64,000 nucleotides of DNA from Fistulifera solaris (Eukaryota), in assembly GCA_030295235.1 (NCBI GenBank), contig AP026140.1, positions 930,001-994,000 of the forward strand. The letters run 5' to 3'. The notes beneath the pieces are model-generated. The model was not told the origin of the DNA, did no database searches, and was given only the letters and a program-made list of their open reading frames with translations. The position numbers and the translations under genes were made by a program. Positions 36,809 through 48,703 of this stretch are shown here, in pieces. Position 1 is the stretch's first letter. Every line of letters begins with the position of its first letter.

Positions 36809-38376
36809 ATGAAGAAACCAGACACATCAGTAGCAGCAGAAGGACGCGTCGATCGCGCTCTAATTGAAAAAGCCGTCGACGCCTTGTTAAAACATCATGC
36901 ACAACAGGCGGCAGAAAAGAACAAGTCATCGTTGCTAGGAACGGATTTGTCGGTACAGCTGCAATTCGGATTAGAAGTGCCTCCCGCACAAGTGAATCAC
37001 AAGCCTATCAAATTGAATATCCCTCATGCTTTGTGGAATCATCAACAAACGGACGAAAAAGAAATCGATGTATTGGAAGAACCCGAAGTGTGTTTGATTG
37101 TCAAGGAAGACGCCAAACCGCAAATCAAAGAGCTTATTGCACAATTCCCGAAAGAATTATGTTTTGTGAAAAAGTACTCGGATTGGAATCGCTACGAAAG
37201 AAGCACGCGACTTATGCGCAACGCCGTGAACTCTTACACAAGTACAATGTTTTTATGGCCGACGATCGCATCTTGCCCATGTTGACTACTGCCTTGGGAA
37301 GAGACTTTCTCAAAGCTAAGCAGCAACCCTCCCCGGTCAAAATTAATCCTCTCAATAACTTGCCCCTGCGATTGCTCACGGCACTGCGTTCGACTTATCT
37401 CATACTGGCCAAGGGAACGTGTGTCACGGTCAAGGCGGGGACGACGGCCATGTCTCGGGATGCCCTTGTCGACAATCTCGTCGCACTCGCCACCAGTACA
37501 CCCGAAAAGTTGCCCCGTCAATGGGCAAATGTGCGCAGTATGGCCATCAAAACGTCGAAGTCGACGGCTCTGCCCATTTACAATCGAACTCCGGAGCAGT
37601 TGATGGAAATCGCCAAACTGGCCAAGTTGGAGCCATTTTTCGGGGAATCGAAGAAAAGGACCAAGACGGAAGATGCCAAGAGTCAAGAAGCAGATGACAA
37701 CAAGGCGAAGCGTCGCAAAATTATCAAGGAAAAGTCACCTTTGGTAAGGGCGTTGCAGAAACAAAAGGAAAAGTCGCCACTGACGAATGAAGCTGGCAAG
37801 GAGGCGAAAAAGACGGAATCGCCCAAACACAAGAAACGCGAAATGGAAACAAAAGACGAAACGGAGTTTTCTGCAAAAAAGAAGAAAGTGACGAAAGATG
37901 ACAAGGCAGGTGAAGCATCAACGAGAAAAGAAGAAGTACCAAAAACGACGAAGGAGGATGCGAAGAAGCTCAAAAAAGACAAGAACTCGAAATCACCTAA
38001 AGACGAAGTGAAGGAGAAAAAGGAGACGAAGGCCGACTTGGACCACGTGAAGAAATCCGCTGAAGAGATAAAAGAAACCAAGTATTCTTCAAGCCAGGCG
38101 AAGGAAGAGCAAGAGCCGAAGAAAAAGGCGAAAGAGACACCCAAAGATACGTCTTTCCTTCCTGTCAAAAAGTTTCAGGGCTCTAAGCAGGGCTACGTTT
38201 TTCAAAAAGGTCCAAAAGGTGTCGGATATTATAAGGACGCTCCTCCCAAAGTTGATCCTATGGCATTAGAGGCGATCCGACGAATGGGGAATCAAAAGAG
38301 TAACAAATCCGGGGGAAGAAATGGCGGCAAAGGCAATGGACGCGGTGGCGGCCGAGGCGGTGGACGAAGACGATAA
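36809..38376 (+). CDS. RSL1D1: Ribosomal L1 domain-containing protein (RSL1D1/UTP30-like); frameshift ~37170
   Basis: EVCLIVKE, FMADDRILPML, WANVRSMAIKTSKSTALPIY, a long Lys/Glu tail and an RGG end. Confidence 0.82.
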
Positions 38377-38552
38377 ACAAGAAATACCAGTAGGCATGTT
38401 GCAAAAGTAAGGACTTTCGCTAACAGCATTTTACAGGATAGATTTGCTCATTTCCCGCTTGACCCGTAGGGAGTGTTTATATTGATCAGATGGAGACGTG
38501 AATAATAAGTTAACTCATCTCAATTCGAATTAGCTAGCAATGCATCTTCAGT

Positions 38553-39611
38553 TCATTTCCATCCTTTGAGCATGGTTTCTTCCAAGTGCATAGAAGAGTT
38601 GCTACGATTCAAACCTCGTTCTTTGGGGGCGCGAAGGCTGCTCATCGAGTTATGGTTACGTGAGCTACCGAGCGAACTTTTTGAATTATTCAGTTCCCCG
38701 GATGAACCATTCAAAAAGAACTCCATCGATGAGGAGATAGATTCATGCATACGAACAGAGGTCATGGACGACGACGAGCTCCATCGACTGTGAAGAAGCT
38801 CGGAATCTGACTTTTCGCTGGCGCCCAATCGAGCCGCGTCCGCAAGGTTGACCGGTGATTTATATGAATTTAGAAAAGCAGATGGTGAAGTAGTCGGGAG
38901 TTCCCTTCTGCTGCTTTGTTTTGCCTCCTTTGGCCTAGAGACTGACATGCCCTTGAAAAACATGTTGGACTTGACTTCCGGTTGTAGAATGACAAGCGAC
39001 TCGGAGTCACTTCCTGATTCCTCCTCCGCTATGAGCATTTGACGAGACCGGTTTCGCATTTTCCATTGCTCTCCAAGGACATTGCTGCTGCGAAAATGTT
39101 TCATTTCTTTGATCGGACTGACCATTCGTACCGGTAAGGACGGCACGACGTCGGAACTCATGGCACGTGTCAGGGCAATCGATTTGGCCGCCGCTTGGCG
39201 TTTTCGTGAAGCAGCATCGAGCATCATGGAAGAGGAAGTACGCAAGGTGGTTGGCTTAGCATTGATGTCGGATTTTCGACTCGTGCTATTCTTGACGGAA
39301 AAGCTTGCATTTCGAGATAAATCACGGTTTGCTTTCGACTCGTTGATGACTAGTTCTGCTGGCACTGAAGAAATACGTAGCATCTCGTTGCTACGCTTTC
39401 TTGCAGGCGGCGTAGGAGCCAAGCGATTGGACAATTTGTTGCTGCTACTCAATTGCGCGGGCATCGATGCAACGCGCACCATTTCGTTGCTGCGCTTTCT
39501 CGTTGGTGGCGTAGGAGCCAAGCAGCACGCATATTTCGAATGGGTTGGAGTGAAAGTCGAATTCATGTTTTTTGCCTTGATAGATTGCTCCAGAATGTGT
39601 GCCTGATTCAT
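38553..39611 (-). CDS. Ser-rich disordered hypothetical protein, paralog 1
   Basis: 352-aa intact ORF with a duplicated LAPTPP.RKRSNEM.R motif. Homologous to 48704-49543. Confidence 0.7.
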   Translation of the reverse strand: MNQAHILEQSIKAKNMNSTFTPTHSKYACCLAPTPPTRKRSNEMVRVASMPAQLSSSNKLSNRLAPTPPARKRSNEMLRISSVPAELVINESKANRDLSRNASFSVKNSTSRKSDINAKPTTLRTSSSMMLDAASRKRQAAAKSIALTRAMSSDVVPSLPVRMVSPIKEMKHFRSSNVLGEQWKMRNRSRQMLIAEEESGSDSESLVILQPEVKSNMFFKGMSVSRPKEAKQSSRRELPTTSPSAFLNSYKSPVNLADAARLGASEKSDSELLHSRWSSSSSMTSVRMHESISSSMEFFLNGSSGELNNSKSSLGSSRNHNSMSSLRAPKERGLNRSNSSMHLEETMLKGWK

Positions 39612-40049
39612 CTTTTGGTTTTGTTGGTCGTTTGTACTAGTTCTCGTTTTTCCCCCACCATCCTAGCCTTTCTTTGTATTCGGTGTATGTTCTGCATTCC
39701 GATGCCCGATGCCGCAATCACCAATCACCATTCGCTTTAAGACCGAGGCGGGGTTTTAATTTTTCCGAGATGATTTTCGGTACTGAAATCTAACTGTTGG
39801 TGAGTGTAACCATCTTGGCCCAAAAGTTGTAAAAATAGGAGCACCCGAATACACAAAGTAGATGCGGATGCGGAACACAATTGCGCGTTAACGTTAAGCA
39901 GAAGAAATTCTGAACTCTGTAAAAGGTAAAATTGCGGAAAAACGACATTGTTAGCAGAAACGTAAAAGACCTATTAGGTCTTTCGGACTTATTTGCCCGG
40001 AAGGTTTTTTTCAATACAGAAAAGCCTTAAAGCCCAGTAAATACCGCTG

Positions 40050-40256
40050 TGCGCTACCACACATGGTTCAAACCTCCCCACTTGGCTTAGTCCGCAGTCT
40101 TGGTGGGAGTCCTTTCACGACCTCCCAAGACCCGTGGGAGTCCTTGTCCTCTTTTCCAAACAAGCTTCCGATCTCCGATCCTTTTGCAATTCGTAGAATA
40201 ATCAGAATAAGCTCATATTTTCATCCTCAGCATTTTCCTCATCGTAGGGCTTTGCA
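40050..40256 (+). repeat. 5' LTR (207 bp)
   Basis: TGCGCTACCAC...GGGCTTTGCA, near-identical to the 3' LTR. Confidence 0.9.
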
Positions 40257-40498
40257 TAGTGATCACTCGCATTCCTCGCAAATTTTTTTCTTCGCTCTAC
40301 CATGGAGAAAACAACCGCATTTCATGCAACCCTCCCGTTCTTACAGAACAAACAGTCACTTTTGACATCATGTTGATGACATCAACCAAGTTTATTTCAT
40401 GACGTACTTCGTCATATCACATCTCGTTTCAAAACGAAAGCAGCTCTTCCATGATCATCAATAAGTCTCTCGCAGACATCCAAATCTCTCGAAGTCAA

Positions 40499-40637
40499 AA
40501 GCGCTCGCGCGCAAACAGTTCAGTCCTTGCTGACAAAGAAGAGTCTTTCGAAGACAACCTTTTTCTTCAGCGCTTGCGCGCGCACAGTTCAGTCTTTGGT
40601 GACGAATAAGAGTCTTTCAAAGACAACATTTTCTTCA
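40499..40637. repeat. Two ~70-bp tandem units in the LTR element leader
   Basis: AGCGCT.GCGCGC..ACAGTTCAGTC...AAGAGTCTTTC.AAGACAAC.TTTTCTTC occurs twice. Confidence 0.8.
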
Positions 40638-43600
40638 TTTGCTATGAGGCCCCACCAGTCCTTTCCACACACGACGAACAACCTGTTCGATGTCAGCTTT
40701 CTTGTCTGTAAAATGAACCGCGTTTGTTCAACCTTTCCTTTGTGCTGTTGATTCAGCCAAGTTCATCACAAACGTTGCTTCAAAAGAGCAATGTGACGAT
40801 CTCCGTCTACTCGAATCATATAATGATTTACACCTAGTATCTCTAGAACAACAAAAATCCTTTTATAAACATACTTTGTATTTAATACAATGAAACTTGA
40901 GTCCTCTCGACTCATCCAACAAAAGCGTACAACGTTTCAATATCACCCATTTGGGTTGGGCAATTTTCTCGCTCGTCTGCATGCCATGCAACCCCTTTCA
41001 TTTTTTTTTAAAAAAAAAAGCAATCGAAACTTGTTTCACAAAATAACTTCCTCAACAGGGATACCAAACAAACGTTCTCGTTCACTAAGTCAAAGAGGCA
41101 GTTGTCTCTCGTTCACGCAACAGATGTTGCTAACAAATGGCGAATGTCGCACTCAGTACTTCTGGTGTCGACATGGCTCAACCAACCAGGGATTCACCCC
41201 TCACTTGATTCTTCAATAACTATGTTATTCGTTAGAACAACGACCATGTGTCTCATTCGGTTCAGTTCCGAACTCTTAGTCCTTACGGACATTAATAGCA
41301 ATCACTTCATCAACGCTGCTTCGTGCGCGTTGTTTTGTTTATTTTGTTTTCGTTTCGTTCGACTTTGTGTCAACCGAAAGCGCACCGCGCAATCCTCATT
41401 ATTTGAATTTTAAATTCAATTGCCCTCCGCCTTTCAACCAATCAAATGGTGAATTCGTAGAGGCAGTACAAACGAAGCCTTCCTTCTTCGTTGGCTGTTC
41501 TATATTCTATTGTGTACCGGTCCGGTACCGCACCACGTGGATCTTCGATCTTTTCATAGCAAATTCAATTTGCCCTTCTATACCACTACGAAATGTAGTA
41601 CTCGAGAATTCTCCGAATTCCTCTCCCTAAACGATACTCGATACTACTACGTGATCGACGATCGACTGCGATAATCGCATTACTTTCTTCGGAAATTGAG
41701 TTTTACTCTACAGTACAATGTACACAACTCGCGGACACTCGACGTTCGACGTCGCTTTCGTCTTCGCCTCTTCATTCGGCTTCATCGTCGCAAGCTTTCG
41801 CTCATCTGCGTGCCGATGCTCTTTCATCGATCACCTCACCTTGGTGACCAACTCGCCTTAAAGGCAGCTTCATAAGCAAGAATCTCTTGCATCCTCCAGT
41901 TGCACTGCAGCAGACGCAGCTCATCTCGTCACCAATGCAAGACATCACACAACACATCTCTACGATGTATTTTTTTTTTAAATCCAAACAAACTCGGTCG
42001 TCTTCCTCGACAATCGTTCATCCTGAACTCCATTCAAACACGTCAGGCGTACGCCGTCCTGATTGCGGTCTTCGCAGTTTTTAACCTCGCCATCTGGCTT
42101 GTCAAACTTGGCACCTTGTCGCCATGCGAGCGACCTGTGATGTACGCCATCAATTACCCCACGCAATGAAGCTCAGCTTCGTATACTCTCTGATCTCAGA
42201 GAACGAAATAACGTTATTAAACAAAGGGTTATCATTTTCCGCGCTAAAGATAATATTATCTCAGCGATGCGATTCGAATTTTTTCGAAAGATCATTGCAT
42301 CTCGAAACATCGTTTCATCTTCGAGTCAACGAAGTAAACATAAAACATATCCCTTGACGATTCTCGCCATAACCTTAATACGGGTCACATCAATGACTCC
42401 TCAACTTGCTTAAAAAGCAATGGAAGATCTCTTCCGCCACCTCTACCTTGCACAAGGTACCTCTAACATTAAGCTCTCCAATTCTTGGAACAGTCATTAT
42501 ACTTGACAAAATGATCTATCCTTCAGGATATAGCACAGTGCATTCGCACGCGTTGCAAAGCCGCATCTTCGGTAAAACCCTAATCGCGAGATACTCGATA
42601 TCCCAAACCTTACAGAACTTCGTTCAATCAACCAACTACTCGATAGTACGTACGGAGCACCCTAGCTTCTATTAAGGTCGATTCATTCAACCAATCCATG
42701 AAAGAAATCAGGATAAATCTTGTGCAAGACGCACTTCCGCCACCTGCATGGCGTCACATCAGCAACTCAATTGCTGTTTATCATAAGCTCACTGCAGCTA
42801 ACAAATACCACACTACGAGTGTCCATCTAATTTACACAAATTTTAACCCTTCTGGTTAACACCTCATGCTAATCATGACCACCTCATTACCTGGCTTAAA
42901 AATACCAGCCACGCAGCGTAATTCGCTGAATCCTCCAACTTGAGGACGTCCGAGTACTACTCTACGACATAATCGCCCGACGCATCAACGCCGGCCAGAC
43001 TTCACGTAAGTCGCCCTAACTCCGGTTCCGGCGCAGATTGCCCTGCGCATAGACACAAAAATCCATGGTATCCGACATAATCGATCGGCTTGATCATTTT
43101 GTCACCCCACCGCCTTCAAGGAGGTACAGTTCGATTCTCGCCTATCGAACACCCCCGCAAAAGCCAAACTGAGGGACTTCCAGTTTACACTTTAACGCCG
43201 GACTACGGTCTGGTGAGCCAAAATGGCCCAGATATCCACATATTTTGCTTGTCAAAATCAGCTCAATGATCAACACCCGCACATCGATGCACCAATATTT
43301 TATTGTTTATTGCTTCCAGCAATCTTGATCATCTGTTCGACAGAAACATTCTCATATGCAAACAGTGCAATGTAAACTAGCAGTCATTGCTGGCAACACA
43401 CACAACTCCATGCAGTCCTTAGAGACTGCAACCAAGTTCTTCGTCGAAGATTTAAAAATCCATTGACGATCATTTTGTTGGCCTTTGGCCTTCCCTTTCG
43501 TTTCACGATGCACACCAATTGCATACCGTGCAAAGCAATCACTGCTCTCACTAATTCATCACCCCAGTAGAGGTTTTCTCCTAGTTCCAAGGTTCCTCTG

Positions 43601-43656
43601 CTCCTTTACTAAAAGGTTCCACTTTTTTCGAATCAGACCCCCCTTGAGAGGCAGTA

Positions 43657-43888
43657 TGCGCTACCACACATGGTTCAAACCTCCCCACTTGGCTTAGTCC
43701 GCAGTCTTGGTGGGAGTCCTTTCACGACCTCCCAAGACCCGTAGAGTCCTTTCACGGACTCCCATGACTCGTGGGAGTCCTCTTTTCCAAACAAGCTTCC
43801 GATCTCCGATCCTTTTGCAATTCGGTAGAATAATCAGAATAAGCTCATATTTTCATCCTCAGCATTTTCCTCATCGTAGGGCTTTGCA
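43657..43888 (+). repeat. 3' LTR (232 bp)
   Basis: Same as the 5' LTR plus one extra ~30-bp GAGTCCTTTCACG..ACTCCC unit. Confidence 0.9.
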
Positions 43889-44342
43889 CGCTGCGTCACC
43901 ATGTTCCCAACCTCGCATCTCGCGTCTCGTGGCGTTTGTCTTCGCCGCTGCATTCGTACCGCTACTTGCTACTTGTACTTCTTGTTTGATCCCCTTTGCC
44001 ATCCATTTTTTTTACTGTATTTACGGAGTACTTGTACCAGCTATAGCTATCCAGTAAACCTTATGCAGAACGCGTTCCAAGTTTCAAGCCTGTTGGTCAT
44101 TCGGGAAAATCATTCGTCATTCGGACTTATTCGCTCCGAAGGTTTTCGTTTGCCGAATACTCCAGTATAAAATAATACTACGGAGTAGCTTAAGATTAAA
44201 CCGTAACTTTAATGAAAATTATTACAAGTACCGAGTACCGAGTACCGGTCGCATCGTCGCATCTCGCATCCCCAATATATTACCCATTGCGCGTTGATTA
44301 CATTTCGTTATTAATCGTATCACACGACACAACGATCGGTTG

Positions 44343-45413
44343 ATGCCAATCGATAGAACCAGAACAATGAATATGAACGGAGAAAGTAAACATCCGGACG
44401 GAACGAGAACGTCGTCGATCGACGATTTGTTGCGCGAGCTAGAAAAGATTCAAAGACGCCGCCGTCAAGTCAAAGAATTGCGTTTGCAGTTATACAGCGA
44501 GAAAAAGCAAGCTTTACAAGAGCAATTGAATCATGCTACATTGATGCAAGAACAGGCATTGCTTGATTATCGCTCTGCGTTGTATCTCAATCAGAAAAAT
44601 AGAAATTTGTGGCAATTAGCGGGGCAATGGAGTAGCTGGACGGATTGCTTTCAAATTAGTCATCGCGGAGCGTACGGTACGATCAATGGGTTGCGTCTAG
44701 GCGCCGAAGCTTTAGCATTACAAAGTCCTTCGGCTGAGGAGATGGAAGTCTCGGAAGAACTTGCAACAAATAATGCACCAAATACCGGTAAAACGCCAGC
44801 GCCCCGATTGCCCTTTTCGTTTCTGTTACCGGACACCAACAACAACAATAATAATAACGACAACAATGTCGCATCCAACGCGTCTTCTACAGCCCGTCCT
44901 ACCATCAAAGTGCCGTGGGTCGAAATCAATGCGGCGTTGGGGCATGTAGCCTTGTTACTCGTGACGATGCAAGAACGATTGCAAAGCATCGACGCGGAGT
45001 TTGTATTCCGACATGTCATCAAACCACAAGGGAGTACTAGTCAAATCGGAATACGACGCAATTCCAATCAAGTTTCTTCTTGGTATCCCTTGTATTCGGA
45101 TGACAACAGTTTCCCGTTTGTGATTATGGGCAAACGCAATTTTCAGTTGGCGTTGCAATATTTAGTGGAATGTGTGGTCGATGCCGCCCACGCCATCGAG
45201 AAGTACGATCGCACGATTGTATTGCCGTATCCGATGGAGCAACAGCAGCATCAGTGGACAGTGGGAGGCAGTTCTGTGCAATACAATTTCAATAGTGGCG
45301 AACAGCATCATCACAATGATGCCATGGAATGGACGCGGACAATGAAGTATTTATTGACAAATTTGAAGCAGTTGATGACATTTCGAGCTTTTCATTTATA
45401 CGGCGATACCTAA
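44343..45413 (+). CDS. ATG6: Beclin/ATG6 family protein
   Basis: Coiled coil followed by BARA motifs FQISHRGAYGTINGLRLG, VPWVEINAALGHVALLL and WTRTMKYLLTNLK. Confidence 0.88.
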   Translation: MPIDRTRTMNMNGESKHPDGTRTSSIDDLLRELEKIQRRRRQVKELRLQLYSEKKQALQEQLNHATLMQEQALLDYRSALYLNQKNRNLWQLAGQWSSWTDCFQISHRGAYGTINGLRLGAEALALQSPSAEEMEVSEELATNNAPNTGKTPAPRLPFSFLLPDTNNNNNNNDNNVASNASSTARPTIKVPWVEINAALGHVALLLVTMQERLQSIDAEFVFRHVIKPQGSTSQIGIRRNSNQVSSWYPLYSDDNSFPFVIMGKRNFQLALQYLVECVVDAAHAIEKYDRTIVLPYPMEQQQHQWTVGGSSVQYNFNSGEQHHHNDAMEWTRTMKYLLTNLKQLMTFRAFHLYGDT

Positions 45414-45448
45414 AAGCAGTGTGAGCAGTCAGATACGAAATCTTATGT

Positions 45449-47629
45449 TTATGAATGTGGCCGGTCGCGTAGAGGGACATTGCGGCTCCACGTAGCCGGG
45501 ATGGCTGATGGAAGAGAAACATTCGACGACCTGAGAAGGTTCACAATCCCAGCCGAGACGTGGCCTCCGTCAGCACATTCGATTAACGTTTGATTCAGTA
45601 ATTGCCGGCATTGTTGCTCTTGTTCCTTGCCGTGGGTGTATAGAATCACGCGGAACAGGTTTGTGTAAGTGACATAGTTCGGTTTGCAATATCGTCCCGA
45701 TTTTATAAGTCCCATGGCACGAAAAGCGCTGGATCGGCTGGCGTCGTCGTCTTGGTGTCTATTGCGCTTGCAAGGAATGCATGCTTTGATCCAATTGGAG
45801 AAAATGAAATTGTCAGGTTTTATTCGAGATTCCCCGGATACGTATCGGTCCATCATGACTTGAGCTAAAGCTTCAGCGCGTCTGGCTTTGTCAGTTGTGT
45901 CCTCGGAGCGCGCCCACGCATCCAAGACGGTAGCGTACGAGAAATGATCCGCGCCGACACTCGAGAACTCCATTCTACGAAGGACAACTTCTGCCTTTTC
46001 TTGCGCATGGGGCAACGTGCGATCTTTCGCCAAGGCAGCCAGCACCGAGTTGAACGAGAAACGATCAGGTCGCAACTCCGGCCCTTGTCTCTCCATCCAC
46101 TCGATTAATTTCAGTGCTTGTTCTCCCATTCCTCTCCAATTCATGCCATTTAGTAGTATGTTATACGAACGTAGATCCGGTTTAGTAAACTGCCGCATTC
46201 GCTTTAAGACGTCGTCTCCTCGATCCATTGCATCTGCAACATGTGTGGCACGCATCCACGCCATGAGCACAGCATTTCCTGTTTCTACCGATGGCCGAAA
46301 AGCGGGATCGGAAGTTTCCAAGTAAAGCTGAACGAGATCACCCCAAAGACCTTCTGCGCATTCTTGCGGATTCAATTCATTTCCATCGCCATCCTGACAG
46401 CGTGCCCATGCTGCAATACATGTGGTAAAGCAGTACACATTGGGCTTGACTCCTGCTGCCCCTTCACGATAGTTTTGTATCATTTGATAAAGAATAGCAG
46501 TGGCACGTTTTGCAGAGTCTGGTTTAGAGATACGCATTTGATTCGATTCAGCTGCAGAAGTGTAGGCATGCAGCACAGCAGCGTAAGTCCGTGTGTTGGG
46601 TTGTACATGCGATTGTTGCATGAGTCGTAAAATTTCTTCCGCCTTTTCCGCACCCAGAGGATGATTGTGACGAGTCACAGCGCGGATGGCATTGGAAAAC
46701 ACAATAGCATTGACGAGTGGTGCTTGAGTTTTCTGTTGATCTATTGCATGTTGTAAAAGGTACAATACTCGATCTGGTGTGTCTTCATGCCCGCTATTCC
46801 CCCACGCCTCCACCAGTGCTGCCATAGTTCTTTCATTGGGAGAACATTGCACAGGGCGTCCCCTGTTCATTTCATGTCTGTAATTTTCATGCCATTCGCT
46901 CATTACGTGCCATAATTCCTCCGCGCGTAATCCAGCATCGTACTCATTGCTTTTGGCCCAACAGTTTAATGCAATGTTGAATGTTTTAGTAGTCGGTTGT
47001 GGATAGTACCGTCGCGACTTTTTCGCTCGTTCCAGCATTCGTTGCAACACTGACTGCACAGTTTCCGCAGCCTCCCTTCTTCCGCGACACGAAGCAAAGG
47101 CGTGAAAGACAATATCGTAAAAGGATGTTGAAGGTGTATAAAAGGCAGATGTCGTTTGGTCAAAGTTCGCTTCCATGGTTTCTAGAACAGATAATGCATG
47201 TTGCGCCGCATAAATACCATGTCCTTCGAGGCAGGCTTCCATCCAAGCTTCCAAATTTTTAGACAAATGATCCATCGAGATAAAACCAGGTTTATCATTT
47301 TTCTTCGTCGCATTCAAAAGCCGTTTGTTACCGGCAGAAGACGACGTAGAAGATTGCTTAATCAAGGAAATCAAATACTTTGTTTCGACTTCCAGCTCCT
47401 TTATCGAGGAATATTTTGTTAATTGTGTAGGTGCACGCCGTCGATCCTTCTCATCATCGCGATTTCTGCCAAATGCCGTTGTAGGGGTATCCACAAAACG
47501 TCGAGTAATAATAACAGCAAGAGCATTCTTGTTCGGGGAGTTGCGCGAAAGTACGGGTGGAAGGCTTTGTATCACGCGTGCTTTGACGATTTTTGACACG
47601 AAGCGGCCCAGCGATTGCGTACGTAACAT
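45449..47629 (-). CDS. Pentatricopeptide-repeat protein, organelle-targeted
   Basis: 726 aa with repeated P(N/D)..(T/S)(Y/F)N..L..W 35-aa units and a basic N-terminal presequence. Confidence 0.88.
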   Translation of the reverse strand: MLRTQSLGRFVSKIVKARVIQSLPPVLSRNSPNKNALAVIITRRFVDTPTTAFGRNRDDEKDRRRAPTQLTKYSSIKELEVETKYLISLIKQSSTSSSAGNKRLLNATKKNDKPGFISMDHLSKNLEAWMEACLEGHGIYAAQHALSVLETMEANFDQTTSAFYTPSTSFYDIVFHAFASCRGRREAAETVQSVLQRMLERAKKSRRYYPQPTTKTFNIALNCWAKSNEYDAGLRAEELWHVMSEWHENYRHEMNRGRPVQCSPNERTMAALVEAWGNSGHEDTPDRVLYLLQHAIDQQKTQAPLVNAIVFSNAIRAVTRHNHPLGAEKAEEILRLMQQSHVQPNTRTYAAVLHAYTSAAESNQMRISKPDSAKRATAILYQMIQNYREGAAGVKPNVYCFTTCIAAWARCQDGDGNELNPQECAEGLWGDLVQLYLETSDPAFRPSVETGNAVLMAWMRATHVADAMDRGDDVLKRMRQFTKPDLRSYNILLNGMNWRGMGEQALKLIEWMERQGPELRPDRFSFNSVLAALAKDRTLPHAQEKAEVVLRRMEFSSVGADHFSYATVLDAWARSEDTTDKARRAEALAQVMMDRYVSGESRIKPDNFIFSNWIKACIPCKRNRHQDDDASRSSAFRAMGLIKSGRYCKPNYVTYTNLFRVILYTHGKEQEQQCRQLLNQTLIECADGGHVSAGIVNLLRSSNVSLPSAIPATWSRNVPLRDRPHS

Positions 47630-48099
47630 AACAAACAGTCGTTCATGAACTGTATGTGTTTAAATCTAGGCTGATTTAACATACTTGCGACCTAATGCGC
47701 TCATGGTCTTATCGTGGTGCGCGATGAATAGAGTGCGAAAGGCTGCGATTTTTTACTGGCCGGATTGACTATAGACTAAAGTGTATGTTTACAAAAGGCG
47801 GGACTGCAATTAGTCACGAAGTATAGTTATGACGAAGCAGACTACAGCTTACTTACCAACTCGCTATCATAGGTGGTGGGATAGAGAGCCGGTTCCCGTG
47901 GAAGAAGATGAAAGTAGTAGTTAAAGAATTTATGATAGCAATGAGCATGCTGGGGGAGCGGAGTGGCCTCTGCCGGGGTTACAGAGACTTCGGTCCACCC
48001 CTAAGGTTCTGCATGCCTCCGCCCCTCCTGATGAAGCCCGTTAACCTACCAACCTACCTACCGATTGAACTTCGCTAGCTTCTTAGACTACAACTGTCC

Positions 48100-48545
48100 A
48101 CATTTCCTGGAACAGGACTTCTGTTTGAAGCAAAACACCGGACCCAGAATTTCTGGATAGAGTTCACAGAATTGCGGTTTGATTCCAGAATTTATTTCTG
48201 GAATTTCTGTTTGACGCAAGACACAAGACCTGGTCCAGAATTTCTGGACTGCGTTCACAGGATTTCTGTTTGATGATAAGCAGTGATTCCAGTATTTCTA
48301 AAATTTCTGTTTGACGCAAAACCAAAGAGATATAAGTAGGTTACTCTTTGCGCAAAACACCTGGTCCATAATTTCTGGACCTTATCCACAGAATTTCTGT
48401 TTTTTGATAAACAGTGATTCCAGTATTTCTGGAATTTCCGTTTGACGCCTACCAGGTATACCTATGGTCCAGAATTTCTGGACCGATTCCACAGAATTTC
48501 TGTTTGATGATAAGCAGTGATTCCAAAATTTCTGGAATCGATTCT
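48100..48545. repeat. Palindromic satellite array, same family, inverted orientation
   Basis: Repeated GGTCCAGAATTTCTGGAC, CAGAATTTCTGTTTGA and GATTCCAGTATTTCTGGAA units. Confidence 0.85.
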
Positions 48546-48703
48546 TCTGAACGTCATGGTCTACGTTCCCTCATTCCGTGCAACAAAAGCATCTGTCAAA
48601 CCCACAGAACACTTTTTTACAGTAAAAGGTGATACAGTCCTTCATTTGAACAGAAGATGGAACTTAAAATTATTGATTTATGATAAAAAAATGTTCGACG
48701 CTG

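Larger units (their letters stand above)
40050..43888 (+). mobile_element. LTR retroelement, non-autonomous or degenerate, with 5-bp TSD CGCTG
   Basis: Direct repeats 40050-40256 and 43657-43888 both start TG and end CA. CGCTG at 40045-40049 and 43889-43893. Purine-rich GAGAGGCAGTA lies just before the 3' LTR. No long internal ORF. Confidence 0.9.

Noticed and set aside
40257..43656. Short ORFs inside the LTR element as gag/pol
   Set aside because: None is longer than ~110 aa. Only faint RNase H-like traces occur near 43455-43612, too weak to assign a superfamily.
47850..47860. U1 snRNA 5' end (ACTTACC)
   Set aside because: Not followed by TGG or the U1 stem-loops and Sm site.
48028..48075. 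Hammerhead ribozyme (CTGATGA)
   Set aside because: No stem II followed by GAAA, and no stem III with a cleavage triplet, could be built.
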